NCBI GenBank assembly: GCA_965218295.1
Contig: CBDCKN010000009.1
Span: forward strand, 288,001-352,000
Direction of reading: 5' to 3'
Source: Longimicrobiales bacterium
GTDB taxonomy: Bacteria > Gemmatimonadota > Gemmatimonadetes > Longimicrobiales > Gaopeijiaceae
Length of the DNA stretch: 64,000 nt
Of this stretch, positions 62,371 to 64,000 are shown piece after piece. The position numbers and the translations under genes were made by a program. Every line of letters starts with the position of its first letter. Position 1 is the stretch's first letter. The notes below the pieces were generated by a model. It was not told the DNA's origin and made no database searches. It saw only the letters and a list, made by a program, of their open reading frames with translations.

Positions 62371-63370
62371 TCATGCACCGCCCCGGCGAATCACCTCCAG
62401 CGGCTCGACCTCCTCCGGGTCCATGAACCGTCCCCAGTAGCGAGCCGTGGCGGCCGCCAGCTCCGGACCCACGTTCGCGAGACCGAGCTTCGTGTAGAAC
62501 CTGAGCATTTCCGTCTTCCGCGCCATGAAAGGCCCCACGTCGACGAAGAGCTCAGGACGGAAATCCAGCGTCGCGGTAGGGCACTGGTAGGCGAGGATAT
62601 ATGCGATTGCTCTCCACGGAGCTGTGACGCTGGGCCGACGCCGTCGGAAGGTAGAGCATGCCGGGGCCGGTCTCGGCTATGACGGATTGCAGCAGCTGTG
62701 TGGCGGCCTCCAGATCGACGGCGTCCTCGTCCTCGTCTCCCACGCTCTTCACCTGACCCCCCAGCATTCCGCCGGCCTGCACAGCGGCGGCGGCCAGGTC
62801 GGAGTGCGGGTCTCCGCCCCCGGCCAGGTTGAGGATCACGACCTGATGGCCTTCGGCTCGGTGCTTGAAGAGGACGCCCCCGCAACCCATCTCCACGTCT
62901 CCCGGCTGGCCTCCAACGGCTACCACTGTGGGGACGTGCCCCGTGGCGGTTGCGTCCGCTGCGGCTTCGCCCGGTACGCCCTCGCCCTCGAGCGTCACGA
63001 ACTCCCGGATCTTGCTCAGGAGCTCATCCCGGTCGACGGGCTTGTGGAGCACGTAGTCGGCCCCGGCACGGAAGGCTCCGTCGATCATGAGGCTGCTGGT
63101 GGACCCGGTTACGGCCATGATCGGGAGCTCGGGATATTCCTCCTTCGCCTGCTGGATGAGCTCGATGCCGTCGGGCCCGGGCAGGGTCAGATCGACCAAC
63201 GCCAGCTGCCACCCTCCGGCGAGCAGTAGCTCCAGGCCCTCGTGCCCGTCCTGCGCCGTGGCGACCTGGTAGGGGCCGGCGTTCTCGATGAGCGTCTTGA
63301 TCAGGAGGACCTCGTCGACGCTGTCTTCGACGAAGATAATCTTGGCTTTCTTGGAAGGGCCTGAGGTCAC
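62371..63370 (-). CDS. response regulator receiver + PIG-L/LmbE deacetylase-like domain, frameshift/deletion near 62600
   Basis: REC: VEDS, LVDLTLP, VTG, KP; output AVGGQPGDVEMGCGG; C-terminus ILAYQCPTATLDFRPELFVDV...ARYWGR...EPLEVIR to TGA 62373-62371. Confidence 0.8.
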
Positions 63371-63524
63371 TCACGGGATGTTGCTGCTCCTAGGGAATAT
63401 GTAGGGGGGGCGTCGGGTCTCGAGCTCGCGGGGCGTGAGACCCCATCAACTATTCTACCGCCTATCTCCTTTTGTAGCACCTGCCTTTGCAACCTCGCGC
63501 GCGGGAGCGGCGGCCTCGTTCTTG

Positions 63525-64000
63525 TCAGTCTGCCACGCTTACGACCGGGGACTGCTCGGGCTTCAATTCGGGCTCGGGTACCAGGTAGCCCACCACCGCG
63601 GCCATGGCCACGACGGCGATGGTTCCCAGCACCGTGTCGCTCACGTACCCGAAGCGCGTGTAGAGCGGGCCGGCCAGAGCGGCGCCCACGGCGAAGCCGA
63701 CCTGACCGAGGGCGACGGTCAGGCTCATGAGTGAGCCTCTCCGTTCGTCGCTCACCAGGGCCGTCAGGAGCGCGGAAAACGGACTGATGCGCATGGCCAC
63801 CAGGACCATGGTGACGAAGAACATGCCGTAGGCAACCCAGACGTCACTGATGACGAACGTCGTCAGGGCCATCACCACGGTGAGCCCGAGGCTGGACAGG
63901 ATGACGATGCGCTTACGGCCGATCTTGTCCGAGAGCTTCCCCGCCTGAGGTCCCGTCAGGACGTTGGCGATGCCCCCCACCACGAACATGGTCGCGATGG
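63525..64000 (-). CDS. MFS transporter (3' part, runs off window)
   Basis: GKLSDKIGRKR MFS motif A, ERRGSLMSL, multiple TMs. Confidence 0.88.
   Translation of the reverse strand, partial: IATMFVVGGIANVLTGPQAGKLSDKIGRKRIVILSSLGLTVVMALTTFVISDVWVAYGMFFVTMVLVAMRISPFSALLTALVSDERRGSLMSLTVALGQVGFAVGAALAGPLYTRFGYVSDTVLGTIAVVAMAAVVGYLVPEPELKPEQSPVVSVAD

Overview
High-GC bacterial chromosomal window. Gene content and protein style suggest Gemmatimonadota, which is an inference and not a database result. Bases ~1-23.7 kb are mostly accessory: a PLP dehydratase, a lipoprotein gene split by an IS3-family element, DUF2203-NfuA-ATP-grasp, a NatAB-like ABC exporter, a CarF/TMEM189-type desaturase paired with a fatty-acid-hydroxylase-family gene, an FHA-trypsin protease, a decayed NTT-HEAT-cNMP gene, an atypical ECF sigma/ZAS anti-sigma pair, and a YtkA/TlpA operon with a SigH/SigR-type promoter. 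The rest is mostly housekeeping (tkt, leuS, waaA, uvrA, gyrA, fadJ-like, metG, accA). About a dozen accessory genes carry single-base frameshifts or in-frame stops, while the long core genes are intact. The strongest unexplained structure is a dispersed ~165-bp nested-palindrome element with CTAG-type ends. It occurs as 2 full and 3 partial copies, shows covarying stems, sits at gene junctions and supplies stop or start codons. No CRISPR array, rRNA or convincing tRNA was seen. All family assignments come from motif recognition only.
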